64,000 nucleotides of DNA, taken from NCBI GenBank assembly GCA_964016885.1, contig OZ024741.1:343666001-343730000 (forward strand), written 5' to 3'. This DNA is from Eledone cirrhosa. Taxonomy: Eukaryota. A program made the translations under genes and the position numbers. The notes beneath the pieces were generated by a model, which was not told where the DNA came from, ran no database searches, and saw only the letters and a program-made list of their open reading frames with translations. Shown here in pieces: positions 24,417-37,126 of this stretch. How positions within the stretch are numbered: the stretch's first letter is position 1; each line of letters starts with the position of its first letter.

Positions 24417-26375
24417 TTACCTTACTTCTCGTAGAGGAAGGACGGTTTTTCCATCCTTTTCACTGCTTGTGGCCTCCTCAGGAAGGATGTCCTTATAAAT
24501 CCTCCTGGAGAGTGCATGTCGGAAGTCTCCGATGTCTTTGGGGGATTTTTGTTTTAGTGTCATGTACGTTTTCTGTGTGATGCGAGTGATTTGTATGTGT
24601 GGAGGTGGTGTGAATTTTGGGGTTGTTGTGTAGTCTTTTTCTGTGATGCTGGTGTTGTGTTGGATGTAGTGTAATAATTGGTTGTTGTTCAAATTTAATG
24701 CTGTGTAGTGTGTATCGTTTTGGTTGTTTTGTTTTGTTTGCGTTTGTTGTGAATTTCTTTCTGTTTCGCATTTTGGTGACTTATGTGGTGTAGGTGATGG
24801 TGGTGTTGGGGTTAATGATGGTGATGGTGTTGGTGTTTGGAGTGATGGGGTTGGTGATGCTGGTGTGGATGGTGGCATATCTGTCCTAACTTTTTTGTTT
24901 GTTAATTTATTTTTTTCCCTCTGTATTTTGTTTTTGGAGGGGGAAGGAAGAGAATTTTTTCTTTTTTGGTTTCTTTTTTTTTTTTCCTGATACCGTTTCC
25001 TACTCCTCGTCGTCACAATCTGTTGTGATAGGCCGGGGAGTGGAAAATCCTCCACAGGCGTTAGTTTTGGTTGTGGCGTGGTGGATGGTGTAGGCGCTGG
25101 TGCTAGTTCTGGCGCGTTGAGTGGTGGTGTTGGTGGTTTTGCTAATGTTGCTGGGGTTGTTGCTGTTGCAGTTGCTTCTGTTGTTGCTGCTACATTTGTT
25201 CCTGACATCTCTGCTGCTGGTGGTGTTGATGGTTGAGTCACTGGGGTGGGTAGGAGAGGTGGCCTCATCCTTTTAGCCTGAGGGCAGAAAGCCCTTAGGT
25301 GGGTTCTTTCACCACAAACGACACACCTAGGCCTTCTGCCCTCGACAATTACGGTGAGGTGGCTGCCGTCAGTGAGGTCTATTACCTCTGGGATCTCCTC
25401 AATGCTTTTATGGTCCGCTTGGATCAGGAGCTCCATCCCAGATCCGGACCAGTTCTGCTGCTTTTCTTTCGCTATTTCTATTATCTTGGTGTTGGCTTCG
25501 GTGCCGGCGAGGACGGCAGCTATTAGCCAGGGAATTTCGATGGCCGGTGGAACGTGGGTGACCCTGATCTTTACGAGTCTCTGTCCACAATAGTTTGGGA
25601 CGAGTGTGAAGTCGTCACTTCTTAATGGGGCCATGGAGTGTTCTCTAGCCTCCTCTGCTGTTTCAAAGAACAAGTCCACGGTTCCATACTTCTGCCCACG
25701 TCTGATGTGGGTTTTCTTTGCCCACACATGTCCCAAAGCTTTTTGGTTTTGGGACTCGGATGCCCGTTCCACTCGGCGCGATTTTACATTAATTGTTCGA
25801 TAAGACACGGTGCATAGGCGCCGATGCTCCATTTTATTAGGTGGGGGTGGGGGTGAGGCTGACCCTGTACCCTTCTTTCTTTACCATTCTCTTGGCTTCA
25901 TCTAATTCCTCCTGAGTTACCTGAAATGCTTCGCACTCTTTTGCTACTCTGTCAAAACTCAGGGTGGTTTTCTTAATGTCATTGTTGCTGTTGTTGTTAT
26001 CGTTATTTTTGTTATTATTAATTTCAGTTTCAGTTGTGGTGGTGGTGGCGTCAGTGGTGTTCCGTGTGGAAGAGTTCATTTTGGTTGAATTCATTTCGAC
26101 ATCACGAGTTAATTTATTTTTTTCTTTTGTTTCTGTTGTCCCGGTGGTGGTAGGGTGGTGGTTGTCGCGGTGGTGGTGGTGGTGGCGGCTTTAACACCTG
26201 CAGTCATTGGTAATGGCGGGAAATGAATGTCTGCCAGAGACAAATTTAAAATATTGCTACTGCTTATATTTTTAGTGTTGGCAAACGTAGTAATATTTAC
26301 AATGGTGGTGTCGGTGTGAGGTGTTAGTTTGTGAGGAAGGCTCTCAGCTGCTTGGTGCAGAGGTGAATCAGCCAT
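24417..26375 (-). pseudogene. Tx1 ORF1, frameshifted
   Basis: RPRCVVCGERTHLRAFCP knuckle; homologous to copy A ORF1. Confidence 0.85.
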
Positions 26376-27479
26376 GATTTTTTCAAAGAAATTTTTTGAT
26401 AATCATAAAAGTTTAAATTTTGGGCACAATGCCCGAATCTTTTGGGGTGTCCTTTTCGGAAAACAATGTATGTGCGCTTATATACAGTTGACAATAAAAA
26501 ATTTCCATAAATGGTAATTTTTAACAAACGAAAATAACAAACCTTTGCGGAGCTCACGATGATACGATTTACTACGTAAGTCGCCAATAATAATAATAAT
26601 AATAATAATAATAAAGCACCAGACTCAGCTCGCAGAAAATTCGGATCCATAATATCCTGTTATATCGCTTAAATATTCAATTTTGTATTAGACATTTTAT
26701 ATTCAAAAAAGAAAATGGCTATAAATGGAAGAAAACCCCTCTGTCTACACTATATAGGACTGCCAAACAACAGCAATTTCACCAACACCACAAACTAGAT
26801 ACACCACCTATCCCATCACCCCTCTGTGTACACTAAATACAACAGCCAGATAACGGAAATTTCACCACCACCACCACCACCAATCCCAGCATAATAATAA
26901 TAATTACTATTATTGTATCTCAAGTTTTCTCAAAATGTTTAATTCAAATATTAAGAAAATATGTCAACACATATATTAAACATACGCGACAAACCGCATA
27001 GATATACAGATCAAACACACGGATACTACTACAGTCTAATTCAAGAAAACTCAGTAACGACAACGCCATCACTATAGTCACCGCCGCCACCAGTCCATCC
27101 ATCATTGCTACCACTATCCCATCACCGCCGCCACCACTCCCTCATTGCTACCACCACTATTCCCCCACTACCTTCTATTAACTTAAGAAAGAGGAAGGTG
27201 GCGGTATCACTAGACAAGGGAGAGGCTAGCAAAATATACAAATAGACTGACTTAGTGACTCGGTCAAACGTCAACGACTATGGCACTGCTGGCTCCCCCT
27301 ACCCCACCAACAATAGAAAAAGCCCCAGCACCACCACCGACATAGCCAACAACAATAACAGGCAACTTCAGCAAAAAGTATATTATATTATTAATAATAA
27401 TTTCATTCTTAAGCCACGCAATGCTCACATTAAGGAACCACTCATGATAATAACAATTTAAAAAACAACAAAAAAGAAA

Positions 27480-30262
27480 ACCCCGTGACCAAGAAATAAA
27501 GGGATGGCGGCGGGCGGGGAATACCCCTCTAGTCTTGGTTGACACTCGTCCAAGAAGTGGTAACACGAAATGATTACCCCTTGGCGGTTAAGGATAAAAC
27601 GCGACAAAATAAAGTAAATGTCAAATGATAAAATCTCATACCGGATCGGCCGTCACCCGGGTCAAAAAGGGCCGCGTCCCTCAGAGAGGAACCAGATTGG
27701 GGTCGACAAAAACAGCTAATGGTTCAAACCTTCCCATCACTTCGGAGCTGGAGACCTACCATAACCGGAATACTCCTACTGTTAGCCCTCCATGCTCACC
27801 ACCAAGAAGTCCAAAGAAAAAGAGAGAAAAATGGTCAAGGGAAGACAATAAAGAAGTACTTGAGGCTTTCTACACTGCCATGTACTACCCATCAAATAGA
27901 TCGATAACAGAACAGACATATATCTACTGGAAAAAGAAACATCCCGAAAACAGAGGCTATATTGACAGTAACAAACTAGCCAATATACGAAGAAATATTG
28001 TTAAAAAAAAGTTACTAACTGATATAGAAATTGATCAGATCAAGCTATTAGCACAAAGTCAGCGAAGGGAAAATGAAACATGTGTCAGTGAAAACGAGGT
28101 AAATTTTAACACTTCAAATCCCCGGGTTGGGATGGAAACACTGACAACAGAACAAATTAAAGAAAGGATCGAAAAAGTGGAGAGAGTGCATACTCAAGAT
28201 GAAACTCAAAATGAAAACAATGAGATCGTAAATTATAAAGAAATGAATGAGAATGAACTCGCCAACTTGAAGGATGAAATTATGATCGAATGGATGAAAA
28301 TGAAAGAATCTGACATGGGGGAACGAGACACTCTCCCTAACATCCAGAACTCCAAACAGAACCAAAAGATAATACACAAGACTAACATAATTCTCAAAAA
28401 CATTATCATCACAAACAAACTAAACATTACTGATTTAAATCATCTCTATTATGCATCGGCTAAAGTCACCACTCACTTATGTGGAGTAAAAATGAAAAAG
28501 CAAAGGAATTCCTCCAAGAAATCTACTTGGCAAGAGAACATCAATCGCCAAATAAACCTCTCCGATCTGACATAGAAATTTTAACAAACTACAAAGTAGG
28601 TGAACATGTTAAACAAACTAAACTTAGAAAATTGAAAAGAAAATACTGTATAAAATCAACAAGTGACATTGACATGCTGATAGAAATAATCAAGCAAAAA
28701 CTGTCGGCCAAAGCTGCTCGTATAAGGCGCTTTGAAAAATGATCTAGATACTATAAGGACAATAATATGTTCAAAAACAACCAAAGAAACTTCTACAGAA
28801 AAATTGGCAAGTCAACAATAACTGCTAAATCAATACCACCCAAGGAAGAAGTGCAAGAATTCTGGGAAAAGATCTGGGCCGAAGATAATATACATGCCCC
28901 ATGGACAGACAGACAAATGAAAGATACAGCTCACCTTGAGGAACAAACATGGGAAAATATAACAGTTGAACAGTTGCGTTTGGCTCTTAGAAAAACCTGC
29001 AAATGGAAATCCCCAGGAAAAGACAAAATACCAAATTTTTGGATAAATGCCTTCACAGGGTCTTATGAGCTGTTAGCCCAGCTTTACAATGAAATAGTTA
29101 AGGAGCCAGAAAGATACTATCATGGCTAGTTAACGGCATTACATTCCTGCTTCTGAAGAATGATGAGACAAACAATCCCAAAAATTACAGACTTGCTTTA
29201 CCAAAATGTATAAAATTTTAACATCAGTCCTAACTGAATATACATATGACCACCTGATAACAGATGACCTATTTCCCAATGAGCAGAAAGGGTGTAAACG
29301 AGGCTCACATGACTGTAAGGTCAGGTTTTGGTTAACAAAATGATACTGGAAGATTGTCATAATAGACACAAAAATCTATCAACTGCTTGGATAGATTATA
29401 AAAAAGCATTCGATAGTTTGCCACACAGTTGGATTGAAAATCACTGGAAGCTGGAGAAGTTAATATTAGTTGTGGAATTTTTCAGGGTGACTCTTTATCA
29501 CCGCTTTTATTCTGCATCGCACTTATGCCATTGAGTAAAATGCTCAATGAAACAAAACATGGATATAAAGTCTATGACAAAACCATTAATCACTTGTTCT
29601 ACATGGATGACCTGAAACTATTTGCAAAAAATGATGAACACTTGCAAGGGCTATTATCCACTGTGGAGCAGTTCAGTGATGACATTAAAATGGAGTTTGG
29701 ACTAGATAAATGCGTCAAGCAACGTTCACCAGAGGAAAGTTGCTGAAAAGTTCAGACATTAATCTTAATCGGGGGAATGTGATAAGAGAACTTGATTAAG
29801 AGGAAACTTACAAATATCTTGGTGTTTGTGAAGGAGACGGAATCAAGCACTCGACAATGAGGAAAAGGATAAGGAAGGAATGTTACCGCAGAGTAAGAGC
29901 AATCTTAAGAACGGAATTGAATGCAAGGAATAGGATCGATGCCATAAACAGGCTTGCCATACCAGTAGTAACCTACAGTTACAATGTCATCAACTGGTCA
30001 AGCACAGAGATCTGTAGGCTCGATACAAAAATTCTAAAATTCTTAACCATGCACAGAATGCATCACCCTAAGGCAGATAAAGATAGAATTTATCTCCCTA
30101 GGAAAGAAGGTGTACGTGGGTTAATCCAGTTAGATATTGCGTTGAAAACTGCATCAATTGGATTATCTACATATCTAAGGGAATCACATGATTGGATGAT
30201 CAAACTCGTTTTGAAACACGAAAGCATCAAAAGATCATACTTCATTACAAAAGATGCACAAG
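27480..30262 (+). mobile_element. Degenerate R4/Dong-clade non-LTR retrotransposon, 3'-truncated
   Basis: KWSREDNKEVLEAFY N-terminus; WKSPGKDKIPNFW, WIDYKKAFDSLPHSW, HLFYMDDLKLFAK, MEFGLDKC and RIYLPRKEG spread over broken ORFs. The 5' boundary is approximate. Confidence 0.8.
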
Positions 30263-30283
30263 AGCTCTGTTTTATAAGTAGCA

Positions 30284-30330
30284 GAGCTTTGATAAGTACC
30301 AAAAAGTACGAAACAGAGCTCTGTCAGCTT
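30284..30330 (+). ncRNA. Type-I hammerhead with U3-A8 compensated core
   Basis: gagct TTGATAA gtac caaaaa gtac GAAA cag agct ctg TC agctt. Predicted cleavage after GUC at 30325. Confidence 0.85.
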
Positions 30331-30754
30331 TATCTCCCCTGTTTGCTGAAAATTTAAAGTAAGTGAGACTGTCACTACTCTAAAACAATAGCGTAAGGTC
30401 TACGAAATGCTTTTAATTAAGCATATAGTGTATTGCAAAATACACTATATATACATTCATATATATATCGCTATTTCAGAGCACCAATTCTAATTTTCAA
30501 TTTCTGCTTGACTGGCAACCGCTCTGTATAATCAGTTCCTGATTATTACTAGAATTCTATAAGAATCAAACATTCATGATTTTCAGCAAACAGGCGGAGT
30601 ACTTAGCTTTTATGAGTACCAAAAAGTACGAAACAGAGCTCTGTCAGACTTATCTCACCTGTTTGCTGAAAATTTAAAGTAAAACAATAGCGTAAGGTCT
30701 TTGAAATGCTTTTAATTAAGTATACAGTGTATTGCAAAATACACTATATATACA

Positions 30755-30760
<6 letters not shown>
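30284..30760 (+). mobile_element. Retrozyme-like partial tandem, 320-bp unit, with a hammerhead in each unit
   Basis: Direct repeat 30284-30465 / 30604-30765 (GAAA at 30310 and 30630). Ends in (TA)n. Confidence 0.75.
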
Positions 30761-30804
<44 letters not shown>

Positions 30805-30842
30805 TAATATTATTTTTATTATTATTATTGTATATATATATA

Positions 30843-30877
<35 letters not shown>

Positions 30878-30881
<4 letters not shown>

Positions 30882-31287
30882 TAAAAGGAATTCCAACTTT
30901 GTCTGTTTTGCTCGTTTTATTTAAAGTCCTTTAAAATTATAATGGTTTTAGAATGAAATAGTATGGTAGAATATTAAATGTTAAGTGTTAATTGAACAAG
31001 TACTTTCATGCTTTCGCAATCTTCAGGTTCATATTCTGTGGTTCATATTCAGTTAAGTTTGCAATTTTCAACAGTTGAAAATTGCAAACTTAACTGTCAC
31101 CACAGAATATGAACCTGAAAATTGCGAAAGCATGAAAGTACTTGTTCACTTAACATTTAATATTCTACCATACTATTTCATTCTAATACCATTATAATTT
31201 TAAAGGACTTTAAATAAAACAAGCAAATCAGACAAAGTTGGTATTCCTTTTATTAATATAATCTTATAGACACAATCATATACACCC

Positions 31288-31290
<3 letters not shown>
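30878..31290 (+). mobile_element. Fold-back element with tail in (TA)n
   Basis: Palindrome 30878-31258 centred at 31073; tail 31260-31290. Confidence 0.85.
30994..31030 (-). ncRNA. Minimal hammerhead ribozyme (mirror copy 31111-31147 has G8>A)
   Basis: gaac CTGAAGA t tgc gaaa gca t GAAA gtac TT gttc. Confidence 0.8.
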
Positions 31291-31357
<67 letters not shown>

Positions 31358-31360
<3 letters not shown>

Positions 31361-33480
31361 AACCAGTAAGACCCCGACAGCTGAGCTCAAGCCGTTTCGA
31401 CGGCTAATTCTGGACTAAATGAAAATTTATCCTGGTATTTAAATAGCCGATCTTCTCAAGGGGTAATTCCATATATGGTCAAAGTGATTGTCAAAAATCA
31501 GTAGTAATTCTGTGGTTGCAAATTAGTAGGGGAGATGGTGGCTAAACCTGCCAGTAGGAGAAAGAGGGGAGGGGGTGGAGTAGACCCAATCAAGCGTTGG
31601 TAGTGCCAGCTACAGCTGGGCATGAGGTCAAAGAAGATACATGGGAGGGGGAGGGGGAGGAAGTCGGAACGGTAGGCAGAACAATGGGGGATAGAAATAG
31701 GAAAGAAAAAATACTGAGAGTGAAGAAAAGCAAATAAGTGTAAAGAAAAAGAAAAAGTAAAGTAAATTAAATTCAACGACCTAGGTGTCAGGCTATTGTT
31801 AGGCGAGAATAAAATAAATAAAGAAAGAAAGAAGTAAATAAATAAATAAATAAATAAATAAGGAAATAAGTAAGAGAACTAGGTGGGACGGATAAGGCAA
31901 GGACCCTTTTAAGAGGTATAAGTACGTAAATGATACGGTGACGGGTCAACAAAAGGGGCCAAAATACTAAAGAGACTACCACGAAATAAACAATAAAGGT
32001 TTCCATCCCGGGCCAGCAACGACCCAGTGCAGCAAAGTGAACTTGTACGAGATAATAATTCTGAGTCCCGGGAAAAATATATACTAATGCTAACTCTAAA
32101 AGATCTAAAACAAGCTACATGAAAGTTCGTACGAAATAAAGGTAGAATACGGAGAAATAAATTCAGAATCCACCCCGCCCAGAAGAAAAGCGAAGCAAGA
32201 AATACTGAAACGAAAAAATAAGGCATAAGTGCCACTAAGAGATATAGAGGGCACAGAGAATAGTGGGAGCGGTCGGAAAAAGGGGGAAAGTATCCGGGGT
32301 CTAAGCCGACTGCTATAAAGGGCGGAGTCCACCAAATCTATAAAAGACTAGGGGAGGGGGGGGGGGGTACTAAGGCTACATGGGGCCAAAGGGCAGCCTC
32401 GGGTGGGCGAGAAAAGACGCCGACAAAGGAGAAGAGCTGGGATAGAAGGACAAAGGAGAGAGGGGGGGGGAAGGAAATAAAGGAAGCGATAAAAGAATAC
32501 AAAGAAGATCTTACGTCTTCCTTGGCAAGCAGGGGTTACCCATTGCAAAATCGGCAACTGGGGTGTTATAGCCCTAGTCTACCCCCCCGGGTCATTATGG
32601 GGTTTGAGGGCGAGGTAAGTCCTACGCAATCTATGTTTACATGCAGTAACCAGTTCATCTTTCTTGTTTAGGAGTTGGTCCGTCGAAAACAGCATTTGTA
32701 AAGTTTCCTCCGAGCATAGATTGCACGGACGGCGTCCTCCCGTGTAAGAATTGGCTCTGGACAGTAATCTCCAAGTGACATCATAGGTGATGTTGTTGTC
32801 CTTGAGGTCCCATATGTGGCCCGAAAGTGTAGTGGCGTGACGCCGGGCCGGGTTTCGGAAGGTATGTCTATGTTGGTATAGCCGGGTCTTGAAGTCACAT
32901 GCGGTAAGTCCTATATAGGCTTTGTTGGAGGTATCCGTCCTCACGTTGCACTGGTAGATCACATTACGGTCTCTGCATCTATTGTCGAGTGGGCAAATAG
33001 ATCTATCCGGGCAGTTACACCTCCTGGTCGGTTCTCCACTGCTAATTAGGTTATTTCTGCCATCGGGGTTGAGTTTTTTGTTGTTAGAGGAGACGATGTT
33101 TTGTGCGAAGTTTGGTGTAGTGCTGTAAGAGAGTTTGATGGTATTTTTGTTAATTATGTTGTGGTAGCGGTGTTGTAATGGGAAGTGTTTTTCAATGAGC
33201 CTAAAGAATAGTTTCCCGATGGGAGTAGTCACCTCTGCGTTGTGGGGAGGATTGAACCATGTTACATTGCGTGAGCGGCGGTGTCTCCTGCTGGTTTCGC
33301 TAATGGGAGCTGGGCAGTAGGATATTTCCTCCCGGAAACCACTCCGCTTGAGGGCCTGATTGTAATAAGGCGCATGTTCATCGAATATCCGCTCTGGTTC
33401 CTATTACCCACTCTACTACCTCAAGTATTGAGTACTTTGGTGCGTTATGGTCCACCTGGTTCCTTACCACATTTCCTTCG

Positions 33481-33482
<2 letters not shown>
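31358..33482 (-). mobile_element. 5'-truncated Penelope-like element with opposite-strand tail
   Basis: GIY-YIG ORF plus a long 3' region. The terminus taggaaccag (31357) is mirrored by ctggttccta (33394-33403), followed by a tail. Both ends lie in (TA)n. Confidence 0.85.
32579..33232 (-). CDS. PLE linker + GIY-YIG endonuclease (Naiad-like), partial
   Basis: WFNPP just upstream; CNCPDRSICPLDNRC, VIYQC...AYIGLT..FKTRLYQH, CNLC...LLNKKDEL...CKH. Confidence 0.9.
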   Translation of the reverse strand: MTTPIGKLFFRLIEKHFPLQHRYHNIINKNTIKLSYSTTPNFAQNIVSSNNKKLNPDGRNNLISSGEPTRRCNCPDRSICPLDNRCRDRNVIYQCNVRTDTSNKAYIGLTACDFKTRLYQHRHTFRNPARRHATTLSGHIWDLKDNNITYDVTWRLLSRANSYTGGRRPCNLCSEETLQMLFSTDQLLNKKDELVTACKHRLRRTYLALKPHNDPGG

Positions 33483-33555
<73 letters not shown>

Positions 33556-33724
33556 TAACAGATTAAAGTTTAAGCAAAGAATCGCTGCTTTCACCCTTAA
33601 CGGGATCTTCTGAAACTAAAAAATCAATCTGTGAACGCAGAAGTAAATATTTCGAAAAACGTTACACACTATATATACATATATATATATACACTATATA
33701 TATATAAATATACACACACATATA

Positions 33725-33983
33725 GCGTCATAATGCCATAATGCCGACATACAGACAGATATTATAAGGGCGCAATGTTATATCTATGTATCTATGTAAA
33801 ACGAAAACTAAGAGTTATAGAGAGATATCCCTAAATCGCGTAATGCGGTACCTAGGGCATTGAATATTTGAAATATTCTTTGCTCAAAACACTCACAGGA
33901 CTATAAGTATTACATGTGTAAAGCTTGAAAACAATCGTTGGGTGGTCCTCGAGGTTTAGTGTGTCAGACAGACAGACATTCTC

Positions 33984-33990
<7 letters not shown>
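33725..33990 (-). mobile_element. Helitron 5'-end fragment
   Basis: Similar to 10835-11136; ends cagacagacagacattctctgttttatata, like the Helitron end at 40580-40613. Confidence 0.5.
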
Positions 33991-34023
<33 letters not shown>

Positions 34024-34582
34024 ATAATAATGAGTTGACGGACTCAGTATATTTATCAATGCCAAGACCGGTTGTATCTCAGCGTACTCAATAGGTAATG
34101 TAGGATACATTCCCAGAGTATACACATAGTTATTCGCTTCAATACAACACACGTAAAACGTGTGCCTATAGTAGTTCAGGGACTCGAGTTTCGGCCACAC
34201 TTAATGCAACAGTAGAGTGCGCTGTACTCTCTGTCTGCATATATTATGGAACAATGTATAATCGGCGCATGTGGCTTCATCAGCGGGTATGGCCTAATCA
34301 ATACCCAATCGATCGACAGAATCCAAACACCAGCCCATGCCGGCTATGACTGTTTGTGAAGGCGGAAAAGTAAAGTGATTAGCAACTGGAATCTGATACG
34401 ACTCTGATACAACTCTGTCTCCCGACCAGCCACCAATTTACAAACTTTACGTGGTGGCGGTATATCAGAAAACATATATTTTCGCTCCCGTCAAAAGGTA
34501 CAGCCAACGTGTCTCAAATACAAATTAATAATATAGTGAAAAGATGGTTATTAGAAAGAGAAGTCCCACATCGATGTATAAT

Positions 34583-34677
34583 AGAACGCTGCTTTCACCC
34601 TTAATGGGCTCTTCAGAAGATCTCGTTAAGGGTGAAAGCAGCGATTCTTTGCTTAAACTTTAATCTGTTATTTTAAT
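34583..34677. mobile_element. Hammerhead-centred small palindrome joining two related PLE ends
   Basis: gctgctttcacccttaatgggctcttc-agaagatctcgttaagggtgaaagcagc. The left arm reads canonical CTGAAGA gccc attaa gggt GAAA on the - strand; the right arm is family F. Confidence 0.65.
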
Positions 34678-34823
34678 ATATATATATGTATAATGATAAT
34701 AGTTGCATTCAGAATAACATATTTTCTGTTTAAAGTTAATGGATGTCTTTTAGACAATTTTTCTCGTAGATTATTGATATACAAATATGTAATCATATTC
34801 TTCGAAAGTCCGTATATATATAT

Positions 34824-34958
<135 letters not shown>

Positions 34959-35021
34959 GATAGATAGATAGATATACATACACACACGAATACACGTCCA
35001 CAGAAACAAACACATGAGAAT

Positions 35022-35067
<46 letters not shown>

Positions 35068-35098
35068 ATATATATATATATATAAGTATATATATATA

Positions 35099-35138
<40 letters not shown>

Positions 35139-35509
35139 CATATATATATATACACATGTGTTTATTTATATGTGTGTATATGAAGTTATTTGACATTATA
35201 TTTTAAAACCAAACTTTGTTCTAAGTTCCATATATTAAGATTGATATGTTGTAACTAACGCTCAGATTAAAGTCATGAATCTGGATGAAGAAAAATAAAG
35301 TTGGAACATGTATAAAGTATTTAAATTCTAATCTGAAAAAATATTAAATATATCGTTCATGTTAGTTTATGTTGTTAGATTTTGTAACTAATACAGTAGA
35401 AATAGTTTATTTTAGTTTATATATTACCTGTTGACTTCTCACTGGCGTGATACGAAATGTTTTGTCCGTCTTTGTATAATGTCTGTTATTGATTATTACT
35501 TTACTGTTG

Positions 35510-35735
35510 AAGGCAGTCGATTAGGAGGATCAGTTGAACCTCAGACAAAATGTCTGACGGCATTTATTCCGATTCTTTATGTCTGTGTTCAAATCTTTCG
35601 AAGGTAGGCTATTCTTTCTATCCTTTATAGTTAGATGATAAAATAAAGTATCCGCCAAGGGCTGGTGTCGACAATAATCGACTTTTACTCAGCCCGTTTC
35701 TTATCCTAAATTGTTGGTCTTAATTCAAAATTAGA
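35510..35735 (+). mobile_element. Old diverged SINE copy
   Basis: Degenerate B-box gtgttcaaatc and ttctttctatccttt..gataaaataaagta core. Confidence 0.55.
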
Positions 35736-35829
35736 AATTATTGTTGTTGCTCTTGTTGTTGGTTAGGATCAGGTTATGGCTGAATGAGCAGAAGTATCAT
35801 CAATAGTATTGGAATCATGGCCACCCATT

Positions 35830-36820
35830 TTTATTTCAGACATAAATTATATTGTTTTACAGACATAATATACAGTGTTATTCAATCATAATGTACATTG
35901 GTTTGTTTTTTTATACATAATGTGTTTTCATACATACTCTACACTGTTTCTTCAGACATACTTAACAGTGTTTCTTCAGACATACAGTACAGTGTTTTTC
36001 AGACATATTGTAAAGTCTTTCAGACATAATATACATTGTCTTTAGTTCAGACATACTGTAAAGTGTTGTTTTAGATATAATGTAAATTGTGTTTTGTTCA
36101 GACATACTGTACAGTGTTTTTCAGACATAATATAGTGCTTTTGTCAGATACAGTGTACAGGGATTTTCAGACATAATTTACATTGATTTTTACAGACATA
36201 ATAAACATTGTGTTTTTTTCAGATATACTGTACATTGGGTTTTTGTCGTCAGACATATTGAACATTGCGTTTTGTTCAGACAAATTGTACAGTGTTTTTG
36301 AGACATATTATACATTGCACTTTGTTCAGACATATACATTGGTTTGTTTTTTTAGACATAAATTATAACGGGTTTGTTCATATTTGCTTTACAAAGTTGT
36401 TCAGACATAATGTATATTGGGCATTTTGCAGACACAAACTACAATGTTTTTTTAAAGATATACTGTACAGTGTGTCTTCAGACATAAAGTACAGTCTTTT
36501 TTCAAACATACTGTACATTGCTTCTCAGACATACTGCACAGAGATTTTTCAGACATTCCGTACAATTGTTTTGCTATTTTTTTTTCCAGACATTAAGTAC
36601 AGTGTTTGTTCAGACATAAAATACAGTGTTTGTTTTCAGACATAATGTATATTGTTTGTTTAGACATAACGTACGTGTTGTTCGGACATAATACACAGTG
36701 TTTTTCAGACATAATCTACAATGAGTTATTCTTACATGACAAAGTACAGTCATTTTTTTCAGACATAATGTACAGTGCTTTATGTTCAACCGTAGTGAGT
36801 CTTGCTTTTTGTTTTTCAGA
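35830..36820. repeat. Degenerate ~25-33 bp minisatellite
   Basis: About 30 units anchored on tttcagacata..gtaca(g/t)tg. Confidence 0.85.
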
Positions 36821-36866
36821 TCATGCCTTAAATTGTTGTTTGAAAGAGAATTAGCTGGAACGTCTT

Positions 36867-36903
<37 letters not shown>

Positions 36904-37094
36904 CGATGATGACGAGGATTACGATGACGATGATGATGATAATGATGATGATATTAATTCAAATCCTGCAGAGAGGGGAATCGACTTTCTATTTCATCCG
37001 CCCAGGGTGTCATTATCAGGGAGGAAAATAAGCTTCGGTGCAATATGGTAGTCGATTCTATCGACTATACAACGTTTAACTCGACATATATATT

Positions 37095-37126
<32 letters not shown>

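Larger units (their letters stand above)
20724..26585 (-). mobile_element. Near full-length L1/Tx1-clade LINE (copy B, distinct subfamily) in (AAT)n
   Basis: ORF1 pieces 26109-26375, 25837-26094 and 24417-25832. ORF2 runs from the ATG at 24382 to 20970 with several frameshifts or stops. (AAT)n at both ends. Confidence 0.95.

Noticed and set aside
15140-26194. Numerous + strand ORFs over the Tx1 elements
   Set aside because: Antisense shadows of GC-rich coding sequence.
27640-27730. HDV-like ribozyme in the R4/Dong 5' region (GCTAAT motif, gaacc/ggttc pairing)
   Set aside because: I could not assemble P1/P3/L3 by eye. A covariance-model search would be needed.
35830-36820. CRISPR-like periodic cagacata array
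   Set aside because: Whole units are mutually similar and degenerate, with no unique spacers and no cas genes, in a eukaryotic context. It is a minisatellite.
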